Part shown: positions 28,901 to 36,162 of the stretch, in pieces
How the letters are laid out: the number at the start of each line of letters is the position of its first letter
Position numbering within the stretch: position 1 is the stretch's first letter
Virus record (IMG/VR): IMGVR_UViG_3300049846_002130
Coordinates: 32,001 to 96,000 of that record
Origin: a virus
DNA length: 64,000 nt
Direction: 5' to 3' (one strand)
Made by a program: the position numbers and the translations under genes
Notes under the pieces: generated by a model
Told to the model about the DNA's origin: nothing
The model's database searches: none
What the model saw: the letters and a program-made list of their open reading frames with translations, nothing else

Positions 28901-31261
28901 ACAGAGAAATATTTGCAAGGTCTTGCGTTTAAGTCTAGGTGGATGACTAAGCCATGGGTAAGTGCTGGTGAAGCTGGTTTTATTTCTGCTATTGGTTCCA
29001 AACCATTTACGACAGGGTTAAATGTTTTTCTAGGCACACAAGCCAAACTAATCGCAGCCGGTATTGCAGCTGGAGCCGCTCTTGATATAGGGAGTCTAAT
29101 TAGTGATTGGTATGGCCCAGGGTTAATTGGACGGTGGGTCAAGAACTTCTTTGGTCGTAAACAAGCTACAATGTTCCTGACTCCACAAGATGATAACTTG
29201 TTTCCACCACATCCAAAAGACTATATGAATCTAGACCAAGGTATTGCCGAGACTGTATTTAAATTTACCACTCGTAGTTTAGGTGCAATTGGATTCAGTG
29301 ATCCGGATGCATTTGATAATGCCTATCGAATGGTTTTCCCAGATTCATTGTTAAGTAAGAAGGCGTCGCCAGCAGCCTATAGGTATCAACCAGTTACAAG
29401 TACGATCTGGGATATTTTTGAAGAGATGAGTATACGTCACCCAGGCTGGATCTTTGGAACTAGACCTTATGGCAATGCATTTAGATACACAATGTTCTTT
29501 GGATTACCAGCCCAAAGATACTGGGCTCGGCCCGCTACAAATGGCTTTATATATAGAGCTAATCAGCTACGAAAGGTTCTTGATGATAGTAACAACCTTA
29601 TGATTAGTGAAGCTCAGTTCAAACAGCTTTATGGCGAGACTGTTTTAAATGAAATACTTTTGAATCTTGAAGCAAATTCAGTAGCTCCAATAGATTCTAA
29701 TATGTCTGTTGATCTCTCACTTGTCGAAGAAGTAGAACGTATTCGTAGAGAACAAATATTTGGGTCCTATGCAATCAAGGAATATCTCAGAGCACTAGAG
29801 GTTCGATTTGAACCGTTTCGCCGCTATCACTTACTTACTAGTGATAGAGATATTGTTTGGAATGGAATTATGGGTACAGAAAATGCTGTATCGAATGCTG
29901 TAGATGTTACTTATTTCGCAGATGAAAATATTAAAGACATCTATGATTTTGGTGCTGTTGTTCAAACTGCAGTGTTCAAAGCTCATGCTTTTATTCCAGA
30001 AGACCAACTACGTATAGCTCCTGTGCGCTGGCCCAACTGTAAAGGCTATGCGTTGGCTATGCGCTATGGTATGGGTGAGCTTTTAGCGCGAATCAAAGAC
30101 ATGTATCGTGGGGAGATTATTCTTAGAGGTAACCCTAGAATCCGTCCTTGGGATATAGCTATTCTTGTAGATAACTACAACGATATGGTTGGCCCTGTTG
30201 AGATTGAACAAGTTGTTCATACCTTTAGCCACGAGACAGGATTTATTACAGAAATTAAACCTTCGGCTGTTGCATTTGCTAATGAGATTAGTGGTTGGCC
30301 TCTTATTGAGGGCATGAAATTATTTGCTATGGCTATCGAGGATATTCACAGTAGATACCAGGGGCTCTCAGCTAGTACTGCAGATCGAGGCTTAGGTGAT
30401 CCTGGGATTCTTAGTGCTATTGCAAACCAAATAGCTACTGCTGGCAGCTTGCCTAGAGATACCTTAATAGCAGCTACTGATAATATTGAAGAGAGTATTA
30501 CGGGCCGGTCTATTTCGGATCACCACTCTAAACTTGACTCATTCTTAAAAGAAAAGTATAGCCGTATCTTTGGTACTCAGGGCGCTACTGTTAAGAGTGT
30601 CTTCGGGGACACAGCCCCTCCAAACCTGAATATGTTAGATGGTATGGGAACGGACATCTTCCAAGATCTTGGAATTGGTGTCGGTATTGCTGGAAGTGTC
30701 TTGGCACTTGGAGGAGCTGTAGCAACATTTAGTCAACTTGAAGCTACAGCTGCAGCCGCAACAAATGCTACCGGTCTGTTACAAACAATAAAGGCAGCTA
30801 AAGCAGCACCAGGAACTGTAGCAAAGGCTTTTATTAAAAATCCGTATGGCTTAGCTGCTGTTGCTGCTACTGTTGCTGCTGGGGCTGCTGCGGTAGCCGG
30901 ATTTGGTTCTGCTGTAGCTGTCAGTAAGATGGGGCTTCCTTCTATTGGTTGGCTAATGGGCTCTAGTGTATTGTTCCTACAATGTTTAAGAACTGATGCA
31001 ATAATGTTAGTACCTTTAATTAAAGGTGGAACTCCTATAGTTGCTGGGCTAGCTACAAATGATCCTGCTATGATTTGGAAAACTTTTAGAGGTCGGATTG
31101 AAAGAGTTGCTCAGGAAACTATTAAAGGTACGACCGATATGCTTACTTTGTACAGTCGGTATGGTTCGGCTCTTTGGGAGCAAGCAAAAAATGATGGGAT
31201 TTGGGACACAGATGCCCCACCCAACCTAACTGGTGAGCAGCAGGGGATAGTGTCTCAATGA
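22901..31261 (+). CDS. Giant baseplate hub protein with M23 peptidase domain
   Basis: 2786 aa, GTG start overlapping the upstream TAG. M23 motifs HGGLD (24191) and HLH (24437). gp27/gpD-like hub segments LRPGLNVQLRAGY..SGRIVDV and YRGEIILRGNPRIRPWD..EQVVHTFSHETGFITEIKP. Confidence 0.8.
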   Translation: MTISVRSPTDIGGKNVFVLNDIDLNIPPTQIEVRNENLIYQYKTLRTKVSTKVPTGHGQAVITARIPFTPSTLLDLHRLIVQFRYSPFFYLDNRYVRETLVPDWPWSQNMAVTITGLNVSSMPGSSDTLVADLDMLWFNYFPYLHNFYFREDWQTNWIRDEKNPAKSHTFSVGWTLDKDSYKRNHAPSILASRDFEETSNALVSSDIYTAKKPTWSISEGSYKSSTNRTIFEMEAAHPGIEFDLLPVPGNMQPARIVTQPRNSYIFVRFMNLLQRDSLFKNFGIDVDQDLRDYERNHNLTGLWDRFFSIGKDLEGNPFVAGLHSISVPLELRNKWISQMRQFNHRIKFLYNGYKEIRLPQKFVEATQNRRNNAVISLAQRASYWSKYGTGNYIPTVQDDPVTTVLVGRPARITDVFGSTGSVNGKPRPRPHGGLDIGVPVTTPLYAPINGTISSVKTSADGSGGRQIVLRGDDGSMWWFLHLELIQAGKNQSVQAGQRIGFTGATGEGISGPHLHVEYIAPGSSTKSDPYLVLQRIYESQQYGLQTQSEDIYEFLPNTEQQSTAQEDFINAAKYEAQAALKATDEEAEALVELFQLLSEEGWYFYDKDSSVTNVWQKTIVLDINHSGLDRVTGIAQEPEVFRQAGIICTAINGSISHIVSKIPILSHEWPTHQHLGSIEPKYELEFMVLDDQTDLEGIGSMAQLVQGMRSVAQSNSRKFRPIIDGHCIATDTFITRLLGTYQNNDLKVLEALNEIADIDLKKKTVISSSYSGTVDGNPGLSVINYTLEETNPYEPEKLFSTAPSLQDKETSRKQVLQKIYDLDVVAQYKPIVVGLFVGSKINPNLIDPRSDSFGKFLLKKNPAENFNQPYLYVDTVSDERLAENIIVFPYGSPSELDWLNTLGIDYDDTSWGQGWASIPSTYLDTASTQSNYQLPGYVAGMSGYAYVAPDDITLPPLEESVSYNLLDMAKINNNSDIDFAAFQRFADYYVAIKQTLETGERIMAEAEAGGLTKEFISSFLYDLPIKNNMWKIWEMFLEEFVQERALYPDSTVKAGALEQLHENSAWPYVGKATWADPVPEQYRPALRTNIQTTLIQHGWNILGYLDEPLIKAGYNVGAALSSSIDLATYQREKRKTAISRLVNYYLWTLPISFSLPDWVKATYGTYIGEVISSDNLDSPSATAPALRSTYQSFFDNADSCGNITQNYFSATPEPVWVVTNESIGQRGGVLGHNLDSLLAPATTQADIFLQGPYYLFGSSRKIDTYKYADSLVSKPLQLTGTEEFLRPYQQIGNTPGSPFVYHTDQATEQQKAYYLKNIFATFADGILADYAVLKIIGLESLMFLDPAAIEGKECYPDIDLPAHPYYGSTKLVSPDFFMWNIYEDADALNIEQQEKIQVQVDAVILNSYQSMKRLEQGDTFDTNSDTVLSENSINSDFKIDTKLSAEGTDGNAQNGVSTTPFYPVQAAAKDTEDWVSALTQAKGGSGNIRQIGNGIRPIGFNSSKKDYYSTKPSDFLHGLRVSNAESVFGGGQTGFQYPARLSNEQYAQLKVEFEATTQMFGSVEGYMNQQLNETNFPTVASELTGTSLERPFEIAHTFDIKSLQKLSKDSAKDLISHKMTLRGAFPTYKLFFIEEDEFETRFINFDDFYSYNAVKSFSVVLSRKIPADTAIISLQNVQGSLDGTRRSTVTDLDYFSGDTVKKKLQANGDTDASLLSGEPVTTGTSSEQPFSAVVLRPGLNVQLRAGYSNDPDNLHVLLSGRIVDVTYNQTGDLAEIMVQSFGTELAQVLKGTSRDSNIVTYTTTHQLLASMMLEPEVTHFGRWEFGQTYFIGEAKDHKLDFVDYSRAGYLGRFKNTEGITRWIIDHPKTVLAIGVGVTALSFLPLGAVGKVLGKSKIGRSLFGVGGNTALWESGYRAIWGGAPQGVVTGAEAISQGVARTGLARAIDQSLDKLGAAAVKAAADAPEMALLVAQRTAATKGEIVGKLLAGQADDAIAIAASTEKYLQGLAFKSRWMTKPWVSAGEAGFISAIGSKPFTTGLNVFLGTQAKLIAAGIAAGAALDIGSLISDWYGPGLIGRWVKNFFGRKQATMFLTPQDDNLFPPHPKDYMNLDQGIAETVFKFTTRSLGAIGFSDPDAFDNAYRMVFPDSLLSKKASPAAYRYQPVTSTIWDIFEEMSIRHPGWIFGTRPYGNAFRYTMFFGLPAQRYWARPATNGFIYRANQLRKVLDDSNNLMISEAQFKQLYGETVLNEILLNLEANSVAPIDSNMSVDLSLVEEVERIRREQIFGSYAIKEYLRALEVRFEPFRRYHLLTSDRDIVWNGIMGTENAVSNAVDVTYFADENIKDIYDFGAVVQTAVFKAHAFIPEDQLRIAPVRWPNCKGYALAMRYGMGELLARIKDMYRGEIILRGNPRIRPWDIAILVDNYNDMVGPVEIEQVVHTFSHETGFITEIKPSAVAFANEISGWPLIEGMKLFAMAIEDIHSRYQGLSASTADRGLGDPGILSAIANQIATAGSLPRDTLIAATDNIEESITGRSISDHHSKLDSFLKEKYSRIFGTQGATVKSVFGDTAPPNLNMLDGMGTDIFQDLGIGVGIAGSVLALGGAVATFSQLEATAAAATNATGLLQTIKAAKAAPGTVAKAFIKNPYGLAAVAATVAAGAAAVAGFGSAVAVSKMGLPSIGWLMGSSVLFLQCLRTDAIMLVPLIKGGTPIVAGLATNDPAMIWKTFRGRIERVAQETIKGTTDMLTLYSRYGSALWEQAKNDGIWDTDAPPNLTGEQQGIVSQ

Positions 31262-31680
31262 TGATTCCAAATAGTAAGTGGCAGCGTAGCCAACAATCCG
31301 TAGAGCGCCAACGGTTTAAGCCAGGTGCGGGTGAGAGACATGTAGCCATTGGACTCCTTCTAGAGGTTTGGGATCGAGAAAAGTTAGCCTTAACAGACCC
31401 TCCAGAAGATTTATTAACCAGAATACAGCTTTCCCCGGGTATACTATTTGGCCTTGTTCAAGTTGGGCAGACTCAAATGTATTTGGGTTTTAATGATACT
31501 GAAGATCTTGTGTATTTAGTTTACGGAAATCATTCTCAGCTTGAGGGTAGAAAGGTTAGAATAGAATACGAAAACACCAGTATTGAAAATGGTAGAATCT
31601 TTTTGCATAAGGTTATTGAACAACCACACTTAAATCTTGATACGGATCTAAAAATTCTTGATATTGGGGGAATTATTTAA
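31258..31680 (+). CDS. Hypothetical baseplate protein (possible spike N-terminal part)
   Basis: 140 aa, ATGA-coupled to the hub gene. Occupies the usual spike position. Confidence 0.4.
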   Translation: MMIPNSKWQRSQQSVERQRFKPGAGERHVAIGLLLEVWDREKLALTDPPEDLLTRIQLSPGILFGLVQVGQTQMYLGFNDTEDLVYLVYGNHSQLEGRKVRIEYENTSIENGRIFLHKVIEQPHLNLDTDLKILDIGGII

Positions 31681-32042
31681 TGGTAAGACCAAGTAAGACA
31701 CTGAGATTGAATTACTGGAAACTAGATCCAACTATGGCAGCTAATATTCAGATCTTGGGCAAGCCTGCTGAGGTAAAGCTGTCTTCTAGTGATAAAACAT
31801 TTTTATCTGTTAGGCAAAGTGGAATCACTCTCAGCCCCGGTATAGGAAACAATATTAACCTTCAAGCCTTACCTCAAAATCTAAGATATGGTGGCATGTT
31901 AAGTGATCTTCCGTTTCCCTTAAGTATCTTGCCAACAACTCCCTTTACGCCTTTCCCTAAACAAATATTTAATCCACCTCTAGCTAAGATAGTTCCCTTT
32001 CTTGTAGACATGAGTGCAATAGCCAGTAGCTTGGTTATATAG
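31680..32042 (+). CDS. Hypothetical baseplate protein (possible spike beta-strand part)
   Basis: 120 aa with short beta-repeat-like stretch (AEVKLSSSDKTFLSVRQSGITLSPG), directly before the gp25-like gene. Confidence 0.4.
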   Translation: MVRPSKTLRLNYWKLDPTMAANIQILGKPAEVKLSSSDKTFLSVRQSGITLSPGIGNNINLQALPQNLRYGGMLSDLPFPLSILPTTPFTPFPKQIFNPPLAKIVPFLVDMSAIASSLVI

Positions 32043-32049
32043 GTGATAT

Positions 32050-32475
32050 ATGGCCAATTATTCAAAGATTGTTGATTTATATTTTACTGAAAGTGGCGAC
32101 TACTTTCTTGGTCAGGATGGAGATATAGCTGATACCAAAGATGAGCTATACCGTGGATTTATCCAGATGGCTCATACAATTATTTCTTCTAGTACCAATG
32201 ATTGGAAGTTAGAGCAGATAGGAGCCAACCTGACTTCATTTTTGGGCAAGCCCAATAATCCAGACCTAGCAAGAAGAATACAAGATAGTATATATACTGA
32301 AATAGCCAGACATAAGCTGGTTCGTTCTGCGGAACTTAAAGTTGAAGTTCTTCCTATTTCTGAGTCTGCAATAGCTATTGCTATTTTCTTTACACCTTCC
32401 GGAACCACCAAGAGAATTACATTAACGTATACCTATGATGTCCGGGATAATAAAATAATGATTAGGAATGTCTGA
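32050..32475 (+). CDS. Baseplate wedge protein, gp25/GPW-like
   Basis: 141 aa. SSTNDWKLEQIGANLTSFLGKPN..LARRIQDSIYTEI pattern. Directly upstream of the baseplate-J gene. Confidence 0.8.
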   Translation: MANYSKIVDLYFTESGDYFLGQDGDIADTKDELYRGFIQMAHTIISSSTNDWKLEQIGANLTSFLGKPNNPDLARRIQDSIYTEIARHKLVRSAELKVEVLPISESAIAIAIFFTPSGTTKRITLTYTYDVRDNKIMIRNV

Positions 32476-33698
32476 TGCCAGCACTAGCTCATAAAAACCC
32501 AATAGAACTTTTAAGAAGATTCAGAGATGAGTTTTTAACAAAAACAGCTATTACTAATTTTGATAGGCTAAGTAAAACACGGGCTCATTCTGATGCTGTT
32601 ACTGATGGGTTCTTAACACTTAGAGAAGAGGCTATTCGAGTAACTCGAAGCCAGGATCCTCTTTTTGCTAAAGGCAGAGATCTTGATGTTTTAGGTGAGC
32701 GACTAGGAGTGCTTCGTTTAAAGGCAACATTTGCACAGTCGCAAAGTAGCGAACGTTGTTTTGCGTTCTATGTTTCTAGTGGAACCTTTGGAAATATTAA
32801 TTCAAACAATCCTATTTCTATTCCTGCTGGGGAAATAGTATTTACAGATCCAAATCAAAACGAACTTGGCGCATATGTTCAATATGCTTTAACTGAATCG
32901 ATTGTGCTTCCTGTTGATACTGCTATAGCTTATATCTCTGTTAAAGCTACGGTTATTGGAGCTGGGTCCAACATTGGAAGTAAAGTTATTAGAAACCATA
33001 ACTTTACCAGCTATACAGATTCTGCTGCCCGGTCACTAAAGATTATTAACTTCTATCCTGTTCTTAATGGTTCAAATGATGAACCTGATGATATCTATAG
33101 GTTTCGAATAGTTAATTTTTACACATCACTTTTGCAGGTTAACGAACAGAAGATAAGGCTTTTGGGTCTAGAAGTTCCTGGTGTTTTAAATGTTAGAGTT
33201 GAACCAGCCTACTATGGAATAGGTACCGCTGGTGCCTTAGTGCTGGGAGCTGAAAACCAAAGTAACCCAAGCTTGGTAGCAGCAGTGCAAAGTAAGATTG
33301 GACAATGGCAGATGCCGGGTGCAGTTATAATAGCTACTGCTGCAACAGAGGTATTCTTTGATTTTAGTATTCGTGTAAGGCCTCACAAGACTCTTACTAC
33401 AAATGAAACTGCCAGGGTTAGAGCCGAACTCAACAAAGCATTTTTAGCATATTTTAAAACTATTAGTTTAGGTGGAACTATAGACCTTGGACTTATTCTA
33501 AAGTATATTCAGAAGAACATCCAGCAGTTTGCTGCTGTCAATCTAAAGGACAGAGAACAAACACTTCGCAAAGTGTTTGTTCGTAAAGGCTATTCTGGAA
33601 GCACAACAGATGAAAGGTCAAAAGTAGTAGGCACAACTTATACACTGGATAGTAATGAGTTCCCTCGGCTAGGTACCTTTGAAGTTGAGATAGCTTAA
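32475..33698 (+). CDS. Baseplate J-like wedge protein
   Basis: AKGRDLDVLGERLGVLRLKAT, GSNDEPDDIYRFRI and VPGVLNVRVEPAYYGIGT are baseplate-J-type motifs. Confidence 0.85.
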   Translation: MPALAHKNPIELLRRFRDEFLTKTAITNFDRLSKTRAHSDAVTDGFLTLREEAIRVTRSQDPLFAKGRDLDVLGERLGVLRLKATFAQSQSSERCFAFYVSSGTFGNINSNNPISIPAGEIVFTDPNQNELGAYVQYALTESIVLPVDTAIAYISVKATVIGAGSNIGSKVIRNHNFTSYTDSAARSLKIINFYPVLNGSNDEPDDIYRFRIVNFYTSLLQVNEQKIRLLGLEVPGVLNVRVEPAYYGIGTAGALVLGAENQSNPSLVAAVQSKIGQWQMPGAVIIATAATEVFFDFSIRVRPHKTLTTNETARVRAELNKAFLAYFKTISLGGTIDLGLILKYIQKNIQQFAAVNLKDREQTLRKVFVRKGYSGSTTDERSKVVGTTYTLDSNEFPRLGTFEVEIA

Positions 33699-35290
33699 TG
33701 ATTACTCAACGATTAGTAAATACCTATCCTTCTTGGTCTAAGATTCGTAAAGATCCAAGTAGCTTTGGATTTAGATACAGCTCTGTGGCTGGAGAACACT
33801 TTGATTTTGTTTATTCAGAGTTAAAACAAAACTATCTTTCATTCCAGCTTTTAAAAGAGGGTCTTGGACTTGAGGCTCTCTGGCAGATAGACTTAAGTAA
33901 AGACGATTACATACTCTCAACTTCAACAACTGGTGGAAGTTTGAGTTGGGCTTATCCTCAAGTAGTCGGGGATCTCATTGCTCTTGAGAGAATAGAATCT
34001 TTAGAAGAGCTTTACTGGAGTTTACCAACAAGAATCGGACAGCAAGAGGTCTTTACATCTGATTTTATAATTGCGACAAAAACTTATCTAGAACCACCTG
34101 TAATAAACACTATGTCTGTTAGTAGCCGGCTACGCGTAAGGATAACCAATTCTACAAATTGGTTTAAGAGAACAAGCTTTCTTAATAGGCTTGAGCCTGG
34201 CATTCATCGGGTAGTAATTGAGGGCTACGATATTAATGGTGATCTAGTAAGAGAACATCTAGACGTTCTTGATGATGGAGATTACTTTACAAGAAATATA
34301 TTCAGCGAGATTCTTGATGTAGACAGTCAGGGCTTTGATGGCGACATTACACTAGATATGTATAGCGATAAAGTAACCTTGGAGGATCCGTTTCATTTTG
34401 GTATTAGTGACTCTGGCCTCGAAGGGCCACTCTATCTTGAACTAAGCAATAACCTTATTTCTAATACTGGAGAGATAGCTTATTATACTACCTTGGTAAA
34501 ACAAGGAGAAAATTATAAAGATGGAATGAGTGAGATTCCATATAATAGAGAAGACCTGTGGGTACAGGCTCTGTTTGATTCTAGTGGAGATGAGATAGAA
34601 GTTGTGGATATAACAATTAATCCAAACACAACTCGCCTTTATGCTCTTGATAGTAGTGGGAACATACATATTTACGAATATGGTCTTCAACGGTTTACAC
34701 CTCCTACTCAACAAGACTCCTTAACAAAAGCTACGTATATTGATATAGATGCAACACAGCCCTGGGCATCATATGGGCAAACATTAATGATGTTTACCAG
34801 ATTTAATCGTCCAAGATTTCCCGTAAGTAGTGTTCAAATAAAAAGGATTAGTCCAAGTGGTATAATAAATTATCTGCAAGCGGATAAAACATGGTCTGTA
34901 AGTAATTACAGTTTTCCAGGAGACCCAAATGCTAAAGGACTTTTTGAAAATACTTTTAAAGATATCACCTTTGATAATGAGTTTGATGAGTATGGTCAGT
35001 GGGAATTCTATTGCACTACAAATACTGTCCATGACACTACCGTATCTTATACCGGGGTAATGGTTGATTCATTAACAGCTCTTACTACTCTTAGTACTGG
35101 ATTAGATGAGGTAGTATCTATAAATTACTCACACGATAACTATCTTGTTGTAGCTGTTGAGCCATTAATAATTAATGATCCCTATACTCTTTATAAATAT
35201 AAAGAGTACTCTGATGTTTTTCTTGCTGATGAAGAAAATCAATCTTTGTTCTTTAGAGAAGAGTATGCCAATATAGAGGTAAGTTATTAA
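33698..35290 (+). CDS. Baseplate/virion structural protein
   Basis: 530 aa, acidic and beta-rich, translationally coupled within the baseplate module. Confidence 0.55.
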   Translation: MITQRLVNTYPSWSKIRKDPSSFGFRYSSVAGEHFDFVYSELKQNYLSFQLLKEGLGLEALWQIDLSKDDYILSTSTTGGSLSWAYPQVVGDLIALERIESLEELYWSLPTRIGQQEVFTSDFIIATKTYLEPPVINTMSVSSRLRVRITNSTNWFKRTSFLNRLEPGIHRVVIEGYDINGDLVREHLDVLDDGDYFTRNIFSEILDVDSQGFDGDITLDMYSDKVTLEDPFHFGISDSGLEGPLYLELSNNLISNTGEIAYYTTLVKQGENYKDGMSEIPYNREDLWVQALFDSSGDEIEVVDITINPNTTRLYALDSSGNIHIYEYGLQRFTPPTQQDSLTKATYIDIDATQPWASYGQTLMMFTRFNRPRFPVSSVQIKRISPSGIINYLQADKTWSVSNYSFPGDPNAKGLFENTFKDITFDNEFDEYGQWEFYCTTNTVHDTTVSYTGVMVDSLTALTTLSTGLDEVVSINYSHDNYLVVAVEPLIINDPYTLYKYKEYSDVFLADEENQSLFFREEYANIEVSY

Positions 35291-36162
35291 TGTCTTATAC
35301 CCCTATTAAACAACAGCCAAGAAACGATTTGGATATTCTAGGAACCTATCTAGGTTTTAATAGACTAAAAGATGAGTCACTTTCTGATTACCGTCGACGG
35401 CTTCTGGGCGAAACAGTAGATCGTTCGGGCGCCACTCAGAAAGAGCTAGTCAGCACACTTTCACGACGAGTTGGAAAGTTTGATCTCCCTGTGTTTGATA
35501 TTGACTTATTAACAGACGGAGATGGTGTTCCTTTAGCTTCAAATCCTATGATTGAAGTTACAAGCAGTCATATTCGAGCTTATCCAGTAGTTGGTGAAGA
35601 TCCTGAAATCGAATTAAACTTCTATAACCCATCTGATGGTAAATTTTTAATAGACATACTAACAGCCTTTTCGGGTAGTAGCTATTTTTCCATTACTTCT
35701 TTGGCTAATTATGAGCCATGGTTAGTCTCGAGAAACCTACAGTTTGGGTCAAGTGTTAACTATGTAGATAGAGAAATCTTATTAGACTCTGTTGAAAATA
35801 AGTTAAAATATAATTTTATTCTTAATCTATATCCTACTAATCCTCAGATATTTGTTACTGAAGTAATGTCTTTAAATGAGGTTACCGAATTAGGTAAATA
35901 CTATGTCGACTATCAGAATGGTGTCATATTTACTTACAGTACTATGGGTGGGATTGTAAGTTATTTTTACAATCAGTTTCCCTATAGGCTATTCTGGCAA
36001 CCCATAAAGATATATCCATATACCGATGTAGACAAAAAGTATTTTCACAGAAATACCGTTATTGATGATGATGGTAATCTTGCATATCAAAGTCTCAACT
36101 CTAAAGGTGTCGAGGTAGCTAATTTGGTATACTCTGCTCATCCACTTACATGGGGTAAATAA
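35290..36162 (+). CDS. Baseplate wedge protein (gpI-like N-terminus)
   Basis: DLDILGTYLGFNRLKDESLSDYRRRL resembles the P2 gpI/tail-I wedge motif. Confidence 0.6.
   Translation: MSYTPIKQQPRNDLDILGTYLGFNRLKDESLSDYRRRLLGETVDRSGATQKELVSTLSRRVGKFDLPVFDIDLLTDGDGVPLASNPMIEVTSSHIRAYPVVGEDPEIELNFYNPSDGKFLIDILTAFSGSSYFSITSLANYEPWLVSRNLQFGSSVNYVDREILLDSVENKLKYNFILNLYPTNPQIFVTEVMSLNEVTELGKYYVDYQNGVIFTYSTMGGIVSYFYNQFPYRLFWQPIKIYPYTDVDKKYFHRNTVIDDDGNLAYQSLNSKGVEVANLVYSAHPLTWGK

Noticed and set aside
8031-33698. Tailocin, eCIS or T6SS instead of a phage
   Set aside because: It is linked to capsid, prohead protease, neck and phage replication genes.
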